Assembly (NCBI GenBank): GCA_038248505.1
Contig: JBBRXJ010000002.1
Span: forward strand, 32,048-96,047
Origin: Bacteroidales bacterium
Lineage (GTDB): Bacteria > Bacteroidota > Bacteroidia > Bacteroidales > JBBRXJ01
Length of the DNA: 64,000 bases
Direction: 5' to 3'
The notes below the pieces were generated by a model, which ran no database searches, was not told the DNA's origin, and saw only the letters and a program-made list of their open reading frames with translations. Position 1 is the stretch's first letter. Each line of letters begins with the position of its first letter. Below, piece after piece: positions 29,688-38,878 of this stretch. The translations under genes and the position numbers were made by a program.

Positions 29688-30894
29688 AATTACTAAGTAC
29701 TAAAACAGAAGCAATTGAAACAAACAGCATTCGTGAGTCTGATAAATCGCCACTGATATTTGAGTTTATAAATGTAAATACAAAAAAAGCAATCCAAAAA
29801 TTTAACTCATCAACTAAGTCTTTTTTGGGGTATATAAGATAAAAACTGAAAATTCTATATAATATTAAAATTATTAGCAAACTGAAAATAAAAAAACATA
29901 TAAGTCCCCACTCTGATGAAATTTCAAGCAAAATATTGTGTGGATAATCTGTAAGCCTTAGTCGTGTATCAGCAAATCGATTATGATGATATGCCCAATT
30001 TCCAGAACCCACCCCCAGAGGATTTTCCTGAACAATCTTTATTGTTACTGGATATCGCTCGGTTCTACTCGTTGTAGATGAGGCCGACATTAATTGATCC
30101 ATTTGAACTAGCTGCATTATTCTCACAGGAACAAACTTATTCAGAGAAGGTGTTTGAATTACGACAATAATTAGAAAAATCATAATAACAGTTATTTTAC
30201 CAAATTGAATTAGTTTTTTAAGCTCAAGACCAAGCAACATAACAAATATAAAAGCGAATGCAAATGCTACAATCGGTCCTTTGCTACCTGACATAAAGAC
30301 GAGTAATACTGAAATAAATATAAAAGAAATACGAAATAAAATATTCTTTTTTTGAATAAACAGAATATATAAAACACCAGTCAATAGCCATCTTGAAAAA
30401 ACAATAGGTCCTCCCCCTAATATTGATAATCTTGAGGAATTTTCGGCTGAAAATCCTGAAAGTATAGCCTTTAGAAAACCACCAAGAAGAACCATGCTGG
30501 CTAAGATAAATATAGCAAAAGCAAGATATCGAATAAAAACAATATCTTGGGTTAACAATACATATAATGCAATAAGATACACGAAAAAGAAAACCTCGAC
30601 GAACTTTACGACACCATATTCATTTGTGAAATTATCAATAAAAATATTGCGGAATAGAAAGGAAAAACAGGTATAACCAAGCAGAGCTAAAAGAAGCCAT
30701 ACCGGAAGTATAAAATAGAGCTTCTTGTATCGCGATAATCCATATAAATAAATAATTACAAATATTGAAAATAAAATAATTGAAAAATCAATTCCCCAAA
30801 AAATTAACCGATCGTCATAAAACCGACCCACAAGCAGCTGACCTGCAAAAAGGAAAGCTATAATAAACTTTAAAATTTTAAAATCTTTAAACAT
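29641..30894 (-). CDS. Second O-antigen ligase/polymerase-family (Wzy_C) membrane protein
   Basis: 417 aa, polytopic, with YPHNILLEISSEWGLICF matching the Wzy_C signature. Its stop overlaps the GT4 start by 47 nt. Confidence 0.65.
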   Translation of the reverse strand: MFKDFKILKFIIAFLFAGQLLVGRFYDDRLIFWGIDFSIILFSIFVIIYLYGLSRYKKLYFILPVWLLLALLGYTCFSFLFRNIFIDNFTNEYGVVKFVEVFFFVYLIALYVLLTQDIVFIRYLAFAIFILASMVLLGGFLKAILSGFSAENSSRLSILGGGPIVFSRWLLTGVLYILFIQKKNILFRISFIFISVLLVFMSGSKGPIVAFAFAFIFVMLLGLELKKLIQFGKITVIMIFLIIVVIQTPSLNKFVPVRIMQLVQMDQLMSASSTTSRTERYPVTIKIVQENPLGVGSGNWAYHHNRFADTRLRLTDYPHNILLEISSEWGLICFFIFSLLIILILYRIFSFYLIYPKKDLVDELNFWIAFFVFTFINSNISGDLSDSRMLFVSIASVLVLSNYENLDRSNWRALTFK

Positions 30895-32168
30895 TAGTTT
30901 TGGTTAAGCTTCAAACGGAATGCAACAAGAGCTGCTACAAAAATAACAAAACTCATTAAATAAACGACAAAGTAAACAATATTCATGGTATCTATTTTAG
31001 TAATCTTACTGATTATCAAAACAACAATAACGATAGCCAAAGTAATATAGGTCATTGATTTTCTGAATACATCTCGAATGTTTGATTGATCGGCCAAAAT
31101 AGGTTGAATTAATATTAATGAAACAGCTTGTAGTATAAATGGAATTATAAGAATTTTTAAAATGTGTGTTGAAATTAAAACATCTGCCATTTTAAAAGCA
31201 CCACGACAAAAAAGAAGTCGAATAATATCTTGTCCGAAATAATACATTAGTATAGCAGCTAAAAACGATATAGCAATAACTAAAAAAAGTGTACGCATAA
31301 ATGGCTTTAAACTAAAACCCACTGCCGATCGTTGTAATATTACAGTACCAAAACTTCGCACTATAGTTGTAATTATTATGCTAAAAACAATCGTAACATA
31401 GTTAAAATGAGTTATTTGCATTTCATTATTAAAACTTAACAATAATTTTGCAACAAGTATAATTACAACATAAAAATTGGCTGCGGCAATGGTATATAAA
31501 CTAAAGTCTTTAAATGACATTCCAACTACTTCATCATTGCTAACCGATTTTGAAATATTCTCATGTCTCCATGCTTTAAAATATTGAAATGCTATACTAA
31601 AGAACCGCGAAAAAGCGAGTCCAATTATTCCAAAAAAAGTTGATAGAGGCCATACTAAAAGAGCAGAAAATGATGAATATATTATTGACCCTTTAGCATA
31701 ATTAAAATAGTCGCCCTTGGCTTGCCAAAGCATTAAACCAATAGAATTAAATATATAAACGCCAACAGTAAAGCTTAATATAGTTGCTAATAATAGCCAT
31801 CCACCAGAAATATTACTAAAAAGTGCAAATAAAGAAATGACAATAAAATTTAGGGCTACAAAAAATAATGCAAATCGGATTGCATCCTTTCGGACTTTGT
31901 GTAATGAAATATCCGGCTTAATTTTAAATAATCGTGCAAAACGAGGAACTATATTTGCCTGCAAAGCAACATCACCAGTAAAAACCATAAAAGCATCAAC
32001 AAACACACTAAGTGATAGATATCGGGCATATGTGGCAGAAGCACCAAATATATATGCAATTATAAGTTCTCGGAAGAATCCGAAAAGCTTATCAAATAAT
32101 GTAGCAATAAAAAGTATTGCAATATTAAAACGGCTCTTTTTATTGAGGATTATATCTAGTATTTTCAT
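30894..32168 (-). CDS. MurJ/MviN-family (MOP superfamily) flippase paralog
   Basis: 424 aa, about 12 TM helices. The N-terminal LFGFFRELIIAYIFGAS...ANIVPRF resembles the MurJ signature. Confidence 0.65.
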   Translation of the reverse strand: MKILDIILNKKSRFNIAILFIATLFDKLFGFFRELIIAYIFGASATYARYLSLSVFVDAFMVFTGDVALQANIVPRFARLFKIKPDISLHKVRKDAIRFALFFVALNFIVISLFALFSNISGGWLLLATILSFTVGVYIFNSIGLMLWQAKGDYFNYAKGSIIYSSFSALLVWPLSTFFGIIGLAFSRFFSIAFQYFKAWRHENISKSVSNDEVVGMSFKDFSLYTIAAANFYVVIILVAKLLLSFNNEMQITHFNYVTIVFSIIITTIVRSFGTVILQRSAVGFSLKPFMRTLFLVIAISFLAAILMYYFGQDIIRLLFCRGAFKMADVLISTHILKILIIPFILQAVSLILIQPILADQSNIRDVFRKSMTYITLAIVIVVLIISKITKIDTMNIVYFVVYLMSFVIFVAALVAFRLKLNQN

Positions 32169-32946
32169 TTTTAACTCGTTCTATAATAATAATTAAAGCA
32201 AATGAAAAAAACAATGCCATTCCAAACAACAATGAAAATAGTACAGTGTTTGATAAACCAATTGGCCTTACTTCAACTGAAGGCTGATATGATAGTTCAA
32301 TACCGTGTAAATTATTAATAAAATAATTAATGGTTGAAATTCGTTGCTCATATTGACATAACTGACCAGCAATATTGCTGTAAATGATTTTGTCCTTACC
32401 CGTTTGGTTTAACTCAGACAAATATTTTCGAGATTCTGCCAACGTTGAAATTAATATATCTCTGAGTTTATAAAGCCTATCGCGTTCACTTGAAAACTTA
32501 GCTGAAATAATGCTATCTGAATTGATATAATTTACTAAATAATGAACTATACAGGGGACATCGGCATTGTTATAGACAAAGATTGAAACGTCAAATGTTT
32601 TGTTTTTTTCATAATCAGCTTCACTAATCAATGGATTTATCTGAATATTTTTTAGCGATCTGAAACAAACTGGTAACTTTTTAATTACAGTCAAGTTTTC
32701 ATTTAATTCATTTAACTTTGTTTCAATTACGTAGTCATTAAGAGGAATAAATTTAATATTTTCAGCCATTGCAAAATCATTGGTAAATTGCCTTTTTTCA
32801 TCTCCCACTAAAAGAATTGGAGAATCAAAAACAAGATCTATCTTATAGATATTGCGGCCTGATTTAATCATAATTCCTACTAAACCAAATAGTAAAATGT
32901 TAAAAAGCACTATCGAAATTCGTCTGTGAATATTTTTCATTATCAT
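32140..32946 (-). CDS. Second Wzz-like bitopic membrane protein
   Basis: 268 aa with N- and C-terminal TM helices around a periplasmic helical region. Topology only, no motif. Confidence 0.4.
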   Translation of the reverse strand: MIMKNIHRRISIVLFNILLFGLVGIMIKSGRNIYKIDLVFDSPILLVGDEKRQFTNDFAMAENIKFIPLNDYVIETKLNELNENLTVIKKLPVCFRSLKNIQINPLISEADYEKNKTFDVSIFVYNNADVPCIVHYLVNYINSDSIISAKFSSERDRLYKLRDILISTLAESRKYLSELNQTGKDKIIYSNIAGQLCQYEQRISTINYFINNLHGIELSYQPSVEVRPIGLSNTVLFSLLFGMALFFSFALIIIIERVKNENTRYNPQ

Positions 32947-33131
32947 AATAAAATAATTAATTTAATATATAAACGTTTTTTCTAGACATATAAAATATAC
33001 CTCTAGTTTTCTTTACTCCTTTTTGTTTTATATAGATAAAAATAGTCGCTTTGATAATTCAACTTAATACATGAATCAAAAATATATGAAATATATGGAT
33101 AATTTATTATATCATATTTCATAGGCATAAT

Positions 33132-34775
33132 TTAATCTGCAATTTCCTTAGAATCAACCTTGTCTAATATAAATACATAGTCACTCCTCTCATTTAACTT
33201 TCGTAGTGCGCACAATAACTTATGATTAGATCCTCTGAATTCAGGTTCCTGAAACCAATCAACCGGTAATGGATTGCGACTATTAGTAAGGGCGTATATC
33301 ATAGAATTATTTGGTATAGTAATAAATTTGTTATGATAATTAAGAGTTAGGTTATTTAATTCTTTAAGATAGTTATAAGTATTGGTATTTGTCTTAATAC
33401 CAGTATAATTATAATGAATCAAAGACAAATCATGTATCAAATATTCAGCTGGCTTGTCCCTATAATTCAATCTTCCTATGCGTTTTGAAGAATTAAAGCA
33501 ATACCAAATTAGAAACACAAATAAAGCAAATTTAAAACTTCGAGAATACAATGATGTTTTTTCAAATGAATAGAGACAAAAATTTAATCCGTGAAAACAG
33601 ATTATAATTGCGACTCCAAGCAATACTCCGACCATAAAATAGGGATAAGGCAAACCAACAGAAATAGAAGAAATCCATGATATCAGAATTAATACAAACA
33701 AATATACCGGGAGAAATCCCTTGATTGAATTTGATATTTTAATACAAAAAACACTAAAAATTAAAAACGAAAAAAAGATATTGAATGAGTACTCACTAAT
33801 TAGTTCTTTTGAGTCTAAAAATAGTATTTTAACAAAGCAATAAAAAAAGATAAACGTCATTAATAAATAAAACCACCTAAATAGAATTAATTTTAATCGG
33901 GGCAGAAATAAAAGAAGGATAAAAATTACGATGCCAATTAGTAAAATAACTTTAAATGCATAAATTCCTGGAGACATTAGAAAAAGCTTGTACACAAAAA
34001 TACCGCGTTCATAAAATTCCCCCCGTGCGAACAACTGCATCAAGGCATCTTGAAAGCAATTATTAATTACCAATAATGTTAAATATAAAAAAAAAGGAAT
34101 TGAACCAATAATAATCGAAATAAGATATTGCTTAAACTTTGCTTGTAATGTCATTTTAATAATCAAAATCACTATCACAAAAAGAAAATAGAGAAAGAAG
34201 GTTTGTCGGCATAAAGAAGCAAACGAAGCAAATAAAACAGCTAATGATACAAAATACCATTTTTCATCATTACAATACAATTTACTTATAAAAAAAAGCG
34301 AAAGTGAGGAGAAGAACAAAGCATCTATGGTAGTCCAAGGAAATAAAAATAATTCCATGCTAAGGGGTGCCAAAATTAAGGTTATAAACATAACTTTTAA
34401 ATTACCGTTCTTTATAACTAGTAATTTAGACAACAAAAGAAAGAGAACAAAATAAAAAGTGTAAATCTCAACAAAAGTTATCCATCTAGAAGATATTATT
34501 AATGGTGCAGGTATCAATAGGTCTATAATATGAAACAAGCCAGAAAAAATTGGCCTCATAGAAATAAAATCTAAATGAGGGATTTCTCCTTTCAAAATTC
34601 GATACGATTGCGCAATAACAGCACCTTCATCACTTGGATTATACCCTTCTGCGCCTAATACACTATTAATTACAAAAACCGCCCCTAATAACACTAATCC
34701 TATAAAATAAGATACTATACTAGTCTTAAGATATCTTTTTACTTTAATTAAAAATAGTATATCGAATTTATACAT
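33132..34775 (-). CDS. GT-C-fold (ArnT/PMT-like) polytopic glycosyltransferase candidate
   Basis: 547 aa with about 12 or more TM helices. The first loop has SDEGAVIAQSYRIL, an acidic DE pair followed by an aromatic residue, as in ArnT/PMT_2 enzymes. A ~120-aa soluble C-terminal domain follows. Confidence 0.45.
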   Translation of the reverse strand: MYKFDILFLIKVKRYLKTSIVSYFIGLVLLGAVFVINSVLGAEGYNPSDEGAVIAQSYRILKGEIPHLDFISMRPIFSGLFHIIDLLIPAPLIISSRWITFVEIYTFYFVLFLLLSKLLVIKNGNLKVMFITLILAPLSMELFLFPWTTIDALFFSSLSLFFISKLYCNDEKWYFVSLAVLFASFASLCRQTFFLYFLFVIVILIIKMTLQAKFKQYLISIIIGSIPFFLYLTLLVINNCFQDALMQLFARGEFYERGIFVYKLFLMSPGIYAFKVILLIGIVIFILLLFLPRLKLILFRWFYLLMTFIFFYCFVKILFLDSKELISEYSFNIFFSFLIFSVFCIKISNSIKGFLPVYLFVLILISWISSISVGLPYPYFMVGVLLGVAIIICFHGLNFCLYSFEKTSLYSRSFKFALFVFLIWYCFNSSKRIGRLNYRDKPAEYLIHDLSLIHYNYTGIKTNTNTYNYLKELNNLTLNYHNKFITIPNNSMIYALTNSRNPLPVDWFQEPEFRGSNHKLLCALRKLNERSDYVFILDKVDSKEIAD

Positions 34776-34918
34776 ACAATTGATAATATAGATTTATACA
34801 CATAATAAAATTCTCGTTACACATCATTCTTTTAAGTAAATCGTACTTATGTCTGCTTTTAATCTACACAAAAATTCATCAAATAATTTTGTAGAATATA
34901 AAATTTGATCTGATGATA

Positions 34919-35131
34919 TTAGCCTAAAATATTTCTTTTCGAACTTCTAATTGCAATATGGGTAAACCGTAAAAATAATTCGTTTGTTACCTTGTTCGAA
35001 ATTTGTATTATATGCTGATGGGTATGGTTTTCAATCTTGCAATAATTTATTGACATATCACGTAACACAATTCTAATACTATCTTCAAACTTATTAAAAA
35101 TTTCATTAACCGATTCGGTTTTGGTGTTCAT
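34919..35131 (-). CDS. Orphan 70-aa ORF in the AT-rich spacer (doubtful)
   Basis: ORF track only. No motif recognised. Confidence 0.2.
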   Translation of the reverse strand: MNTKTESVNEIFNKFEDSIRIVLRDMSINYCKIENHTHQHIIQISNKVTNELFLRFTHIAIRSSKRNILG

Positions 35132-35185
35132 AATTACTTTGATTTTAAAGTGACCACAGAAATTATTTCTCTCTCCTTCCTCAAT

Positions 35186-35422
35186 TTATTCGAATAGATC
35201 CGATTCCGTTAATTCAGCAATATTGATTGTTCGCTTGCTACCCTTTACTCGTTTTAGTTTCTGAAGCACATGTGATGACGTAATAACAGAAAAGAATCCC
35301 ACATCAAATTCAATAATATCATTTAATTTAAAATTATAATCACGCACATACATCAGACCCCAGATCTTCTGTTTCAATTTCCAGACACTTATATATTGAT
35401 AAATTCCAAGTTGATGTTGCAT
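35186..35422 (-). CDS. Orphan 78-aa ORF in the AT-rich spacer (doubtful)
   Basis: ORF track only. No motif recognised. Confidence 0.25.
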   Translation of the reverse strand: MQHQLGIYQYISVWKLKQKIWGLMYVRDYNFKLNDIIEFDVGFFSVITSSHVLQKLKRVKGSKRTINIAELTESDLFE

Positions 35423-35461
35423 CTTATCTTACAGATATATCTTTCTTTGTGGATATCATAA

Positions 35462-35486
35462 AGCACATGGCAATATTCCATGTGCT
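35462..35486. repeat. 9-bp perfect hairpin in the spacer between the two glycan modules
   Basis: AGCACATGG (35462-35470), loop CAATATT, CCATGTGCT (35478-35486). No good T-tract on either side. Confidence 0.7.
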
Positions 35487-35775
35487 AAAAGAAAAATCCG
35501 AATGCTCTATCACTTTTCCACATTTTAAGGTTATTCTAAAATCGCATTTTTAACATTCAATCCACCAAATTCTTTGTAAACAATACTATAGAGTACTTCC
35601 TTTTTTTCATTACACTATTTTTCTCAATCATACTATTTTAAATTGCTCTTTGTATAACAATTCATCAGCAAATAAATTTGAAAAAAAACAATTAGTTTCA
35701 TAGTCTTTATTTGATGCTCTAACAGACTTTAGATCTGCTCTATTTAATACTTTGTTTCTAACTAAATCAAACATA

Positions 35776-36858
35776 TCATTTATTTATCAACTTAGCAGCA
35801 ATCATCTCAGCCGCTTTACCATTTCCAAAAAAGACTTTTTCAAAATCGAGCATTTTATCCGATAGCTGTTGCATATTTGTAAATATGCTATCTGCCGTAT
35901 TGCCTGCTAACACCACATTGCCATTTACAAGTAACTCTGACCATTCGGTCTCTTCACGAAGCAGCAGGCAAGGTTTTTTATAAAAATACGATTCTTTTTG
36001 CATTCCCCCACTATCGGTAATTACCATGGAACATGCCTGCAACAAATAAATAATTTCTAGATAACCTTGCGGTTCTGTTATTATTAAACCAGATGATTTC
36101 TTAATTATAGCAGAAAGTTCATCGTCTTTTGCTATTACATGACGTGTACGCGGATGAAGTGGCATTATAACTTTGCTTGTTTTGCTAATTAAAACAAGTG
36201 CATTTAAAATAGTTTTAAGACGCGTAATATCATCTGTATTTTCAGATCTATGAATGGTTGCTAATTTAAATTCAGAAGGAATTTCAAATAATGGTTTCTT
36301 GGCAAAGTCAGAATAATATATGGATGCATCGAACATAACGTCTCCGCTATTAATTACATTAGCTGAGAAATTATCATACCCTTCACGCTTAAGATTAGAT
36401 ACAGCTATATCTGTAGGACAAAATAATACATCACTCATTCTATCCGTCAATATTCTATTCATCTCTTCTGGCATCTGCATATTATTCGATCGCAATCCGG
36501 CCTCAATATGTACTAAAGAGATGTTCATTTTTTTTGCTGCTAATGCTGCAGCAAGCGTTGAATTAGTATCTCCATATACAATTATCTTATCTGGCTTTTC
36601 AATACCATAAACCTCCTCGAGCGCAAGCATCATTTTACCAATCATAGCCGTATGTGAAAGACTATGGATATTCAAATTATAATCAGGATGTGGTATTTGT
36701 AATTCCTCAAAAAATACTTCACTCATATTACGATCAAAATGCTGCCCAGTATGAACAATTTTTTCTTTTAGCATGCCCGATGCTCTCAGCATCTTGCTTA
36801 CCAAAGCCGTCTTAATAAATTGTGGACGGGCACCAATTACTGTAACAACTTTTAACAT
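35776..36858 (-). CDS. wecB: UDP-N-acetylglucosamine 2-epimerase (non-hydrolysing)
   Basis: 360 aa with VTVIGARPQFIK, HIEAGLRS and DSGGMQKE motifs. Confidence 0.9.
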   Translation of the reverse strand: MLKVVTVIGARPQFIKTALVSKMLRASGMLKEKIVHTGQHFDRNMSEVFFEELQIPHPDYNLNIHSLSHTAMIGKMMLALEEVYGIEKPDKIIVYGDTNSTLAAALAAKKMNISLVHIEAGLRSNNMQMPEEMNRILTDRMSDVLFCPTDIAVSNLKREGYDNFSANVINSGDVMFDASIYYSDFAKKPLFEIPSEFKLATIHRSENTDDITRLKTILNALVLISKTSKVIMPLHPRTRHVIAKDDELSAIIKKSSGLIITEPQGYLEIIYLLQACSMVITDSGGMQKESYFYKKPCLLLREETEWSELLVNGNVVLAGNTADSIFTNMQQLSDKMLDFEKVFFGNGKAAEMIAAKLINK

Positions 36859-36874
36859 ATTTTTAAGATGTGCG

Positions 36875-37927
36875 TTATGATTTATAATATTCTTTATACC
36901 AATTAATAAAATTCTTCACACCCTCATCAATATTTGTTTTTGGCTTATATGCTAAATCATTAAAAAGATTACTTACATCGGCATACGTTGCAGGAACATC
37001 GCCTGCTTGCATTGGGCGGTAAATAATATTTGCTTCGCGCTCAAGATTCTTCTCTATAGCTCGTATGAAGGCCATTAATTGAGAAGGATTGCTGTTGCCT
37101 ATATTATAAATTTTGTATGGTGCAGAGGAACTTGCAGGATTGGGCTGATCGCTATTCCAATTAGGATCAGGCTTTGCAGGATTTAAAACGACCCGCTCAA
37201 TGCCATCAACAATATCATCTATATATGTAAAATCTCGCTGCATCTCTCCATTATTGAATACCTCTATTGGCTTACCTTCCATTATGGATTTTGTAAAAAT
37301 AAATAATGCCATATCTGGTCGACCCCATGGACCATAAACAGTAAAGAAACGCAGACCTGTAGTTGGGATATTAAAAAGATGACTATACACATGAGCCATC
37401 ATTTCATTACTTTTTTTACTTGCTGCGTATAGACTCATCGGATGATTTACCGATTCATTTTCTGTAAATGGCATCTTTGTATTTAATCCGTAAACACTAG
37501 AACTGCTTGCATAAGCGAGATGCTTTACCGCTGTATTTTTACATGCTTCAAGTATATTTAAAAAACCTTGCAAATTACTCGTCAGATATACATACGGATT
37601 GGTAATACTATATCGAACACCAGCCTGCGCAGCTAAATTACACACATAATCAAATTTCTCTGAGGCAAATAATAAATCTAAATTCTCCTTATCCTCTAAT
37701 CTCATTTGCACAAAACGATAATTCGGATATACTGAACTATGAACTAGATTAGCATATTCTATGGATTCTCTATTGATTCCAGCATTTTTTAGACGCGCAT
37801 ATTTTAACTCAACATCGTAATAATCATTCTTACTATCAAGACCAACAATTTCATGTCCAGCTTTGGCTAATTTATGTGCCAAATGAAAACCAATAAAACC
37901 TGCCGTTCCTGTAATTAATATTTTCAT
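36875..37927 (-). CDS. NAD-dependent epimerase, UDP-glucuronate 4-epimerase type
   Basis: 350 aa with MKILITGTAGFIGFHL...DYYDVELKYARL and YAASK, typical of the Cap1J/LpsL-like subgroup. Confidence 0.8.
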   Translation of the reverse strand: MKILITGTAGFIGFHLAHKLAKAGHEIVGLDSKNDYYDVELKYARLKNAGINRESIEYANLVHSSVYPNYRFVQMRLEDKENLDLLFASEKFDYVCNLAAQAGVRYSITNPYVYLTSNLQGFLNILEACKNTAVKHLAYASSSSVYGLNTKMPFTENESVNHPMSLYAASKKSNEMMAHVYSHLFNIPTTGLRFFTVYGPWGRPDMALFIFTKSIMEGKPIEVFNNGEMQRDFTYIDDIVDGIERVVLNPAKPDPNWNSDQPNPASSSAPYKIYNIGNSNPSQLMAFIRAIEKNLEREANIIYRPMQAGDVPATYADVSNLFNDLAYKPKTNIDEGVKNFINWYKEYYKS

Positions 37928-37963
37928 TTTATTTTATTTAAGATTCAAAATGCTAAGTAAATT

Positions 37964-38662
37964 TTACAAATTTTGAGTCAGCAATACTTCTGCTAATTTC
38001 AAATCAAATGCTGTATCAATATCCACAGATCGTTTACTAGGCATTACATACGCAAATATTTTATCTTTAATAAAAAAGGTCTTTTCTTCTAAAAAACGAC
38101 TCATTCTGCAAATATAAATAGCGCCATTTAAACGATAATAGATGGGTAACTGCTGTGAGGGAACCCCAGCATATTCATTATTCAAAAAATTTGACATCGA
38201 TAGATCACTAGGTAAAGTATTCTGCCATAGTGGTGAATGCTCCGTCTCACAAACAGAAACAACGGCGTCTGCCTTTTTTGATTCTAATAATTCTATTGCC
38301 TGAATTATATCATTGGCTGTTCGTAATGGAGAAGTAGGTTGGAGCAACATTACAAAATCATAGGTTTTAAATTCAAATTCTTTCATAAAATCAATTGCAT
38401 GTTTTACAACATCAAATGACGAAGCTGTATCATCCGACAAATAATCAGGCCTAATGAAAGGTACATAGGCACCGGCATCTTTCGATATCTGTGCAATTTT
38501 ATCTGAATCAGTACTAACTACGACTTGAGATACAAAGCCAGATTGCCTAGCTGCTTCTATAGACCAAGTAATAAGTGGCTTACCTGCTAATTGAATGCTG
38601 TTTTTACCCGGTAATCGCTTACTACCAGCACGGGCTGTAATGATTGGAAAAATTGATATCAT
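37964..38662 (-). CDS. CMP-nonulosonic acid synthetase (acylneuraminate cytidylyltransferase family)
   Basis: 232 aa. IITARAGSKRLPGKN...GKPLI is the NeuA/LegF/PseF signature. Confidence 0.85.
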   Translation of the reverse strand: MISIFPIITARAGSKRLPGKNSIQLAGKPLITWSIEAARQSGFVSQVVVSTDSDKIAQISKDAGAYVPFIRPDYLSDDTASSFDVVKHAIDFMKEFEFKTYDFVMLLQPTSPLRTANDIIQAIELLESKKADAVVSVCETEHSPLWQNTLPSDLSMSNFLNNEYAGVPSQQLPIYYRLNGAIYICRMSRFLEEKTFFIKDKIFAYVMPSKRSVDIDTAFDLKLAEVLLTQNL

Positions 38663-38666
38663 GGAA

Positions 38667-38674
38667 CAAATTTA
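38667..38674 (-). promoter_or_regulatory. Candidate -7 box TAAATTTG only 4 nt upstream of the cytidylyltransferase ATG
   Basis: The reverse complement of 38667-38674 matches TAnnTTTG exactly. This would imply a nearly leaderless mRNA, and it overlaps the stop of a possible 25-codon ORF. Confidence 0.3.
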
Positions 38675-38709
38675 CTTAATATCTTTCTTTCTACCTAAAT
38701 CAAATGAAA

Positions 38710-38733
38710 TCAGAAAAAAAATCAGAAAAAAAA
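38710..38733. repeat. Perfect 12-nt tandem duplication TCAGAAAAAAAA x2
   Basis: Read directly. On the minus strand this is T8-CTGA-T8-CTGA, 48-71 nt upstream of the cytidylyltransferase start. Confidence 0.9.
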
Positions 38734-38871
38734 CACCTAAATTAATCATATCGCCCTAACTATCAATAGTATAAAAAGTAAAGCATTGTAATAAAATTCA
38801 ATAAATTTGCACGTACTAAATAATACACGAGTGATTTCCCTCAACTCATCTGATCAAAAAAGACAGAATAA

Positions 38872-38878
38872 GGGGGGG
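38872..38878. repeat. G7 (minus-strand C7) homopolymer abutting the stop codon of the upstream gene
   Basis: AGGGGGGGTT read directly. The TAA stop of ORF 38879..39850 is the next triplet. Confidence 0.9.

Noticed and set aside
35423-35775. An invertible promoter (fimbrial or capsule-type DNA inversion) in the spacer of the glycan locus
   Set aside because: I found no pair of flanking inverted repeats of 15 bp or more by eye, and there is no serine or tyrosine invertase gene nearby. Only a local 9-bp hairpin and short direct repeats are present.
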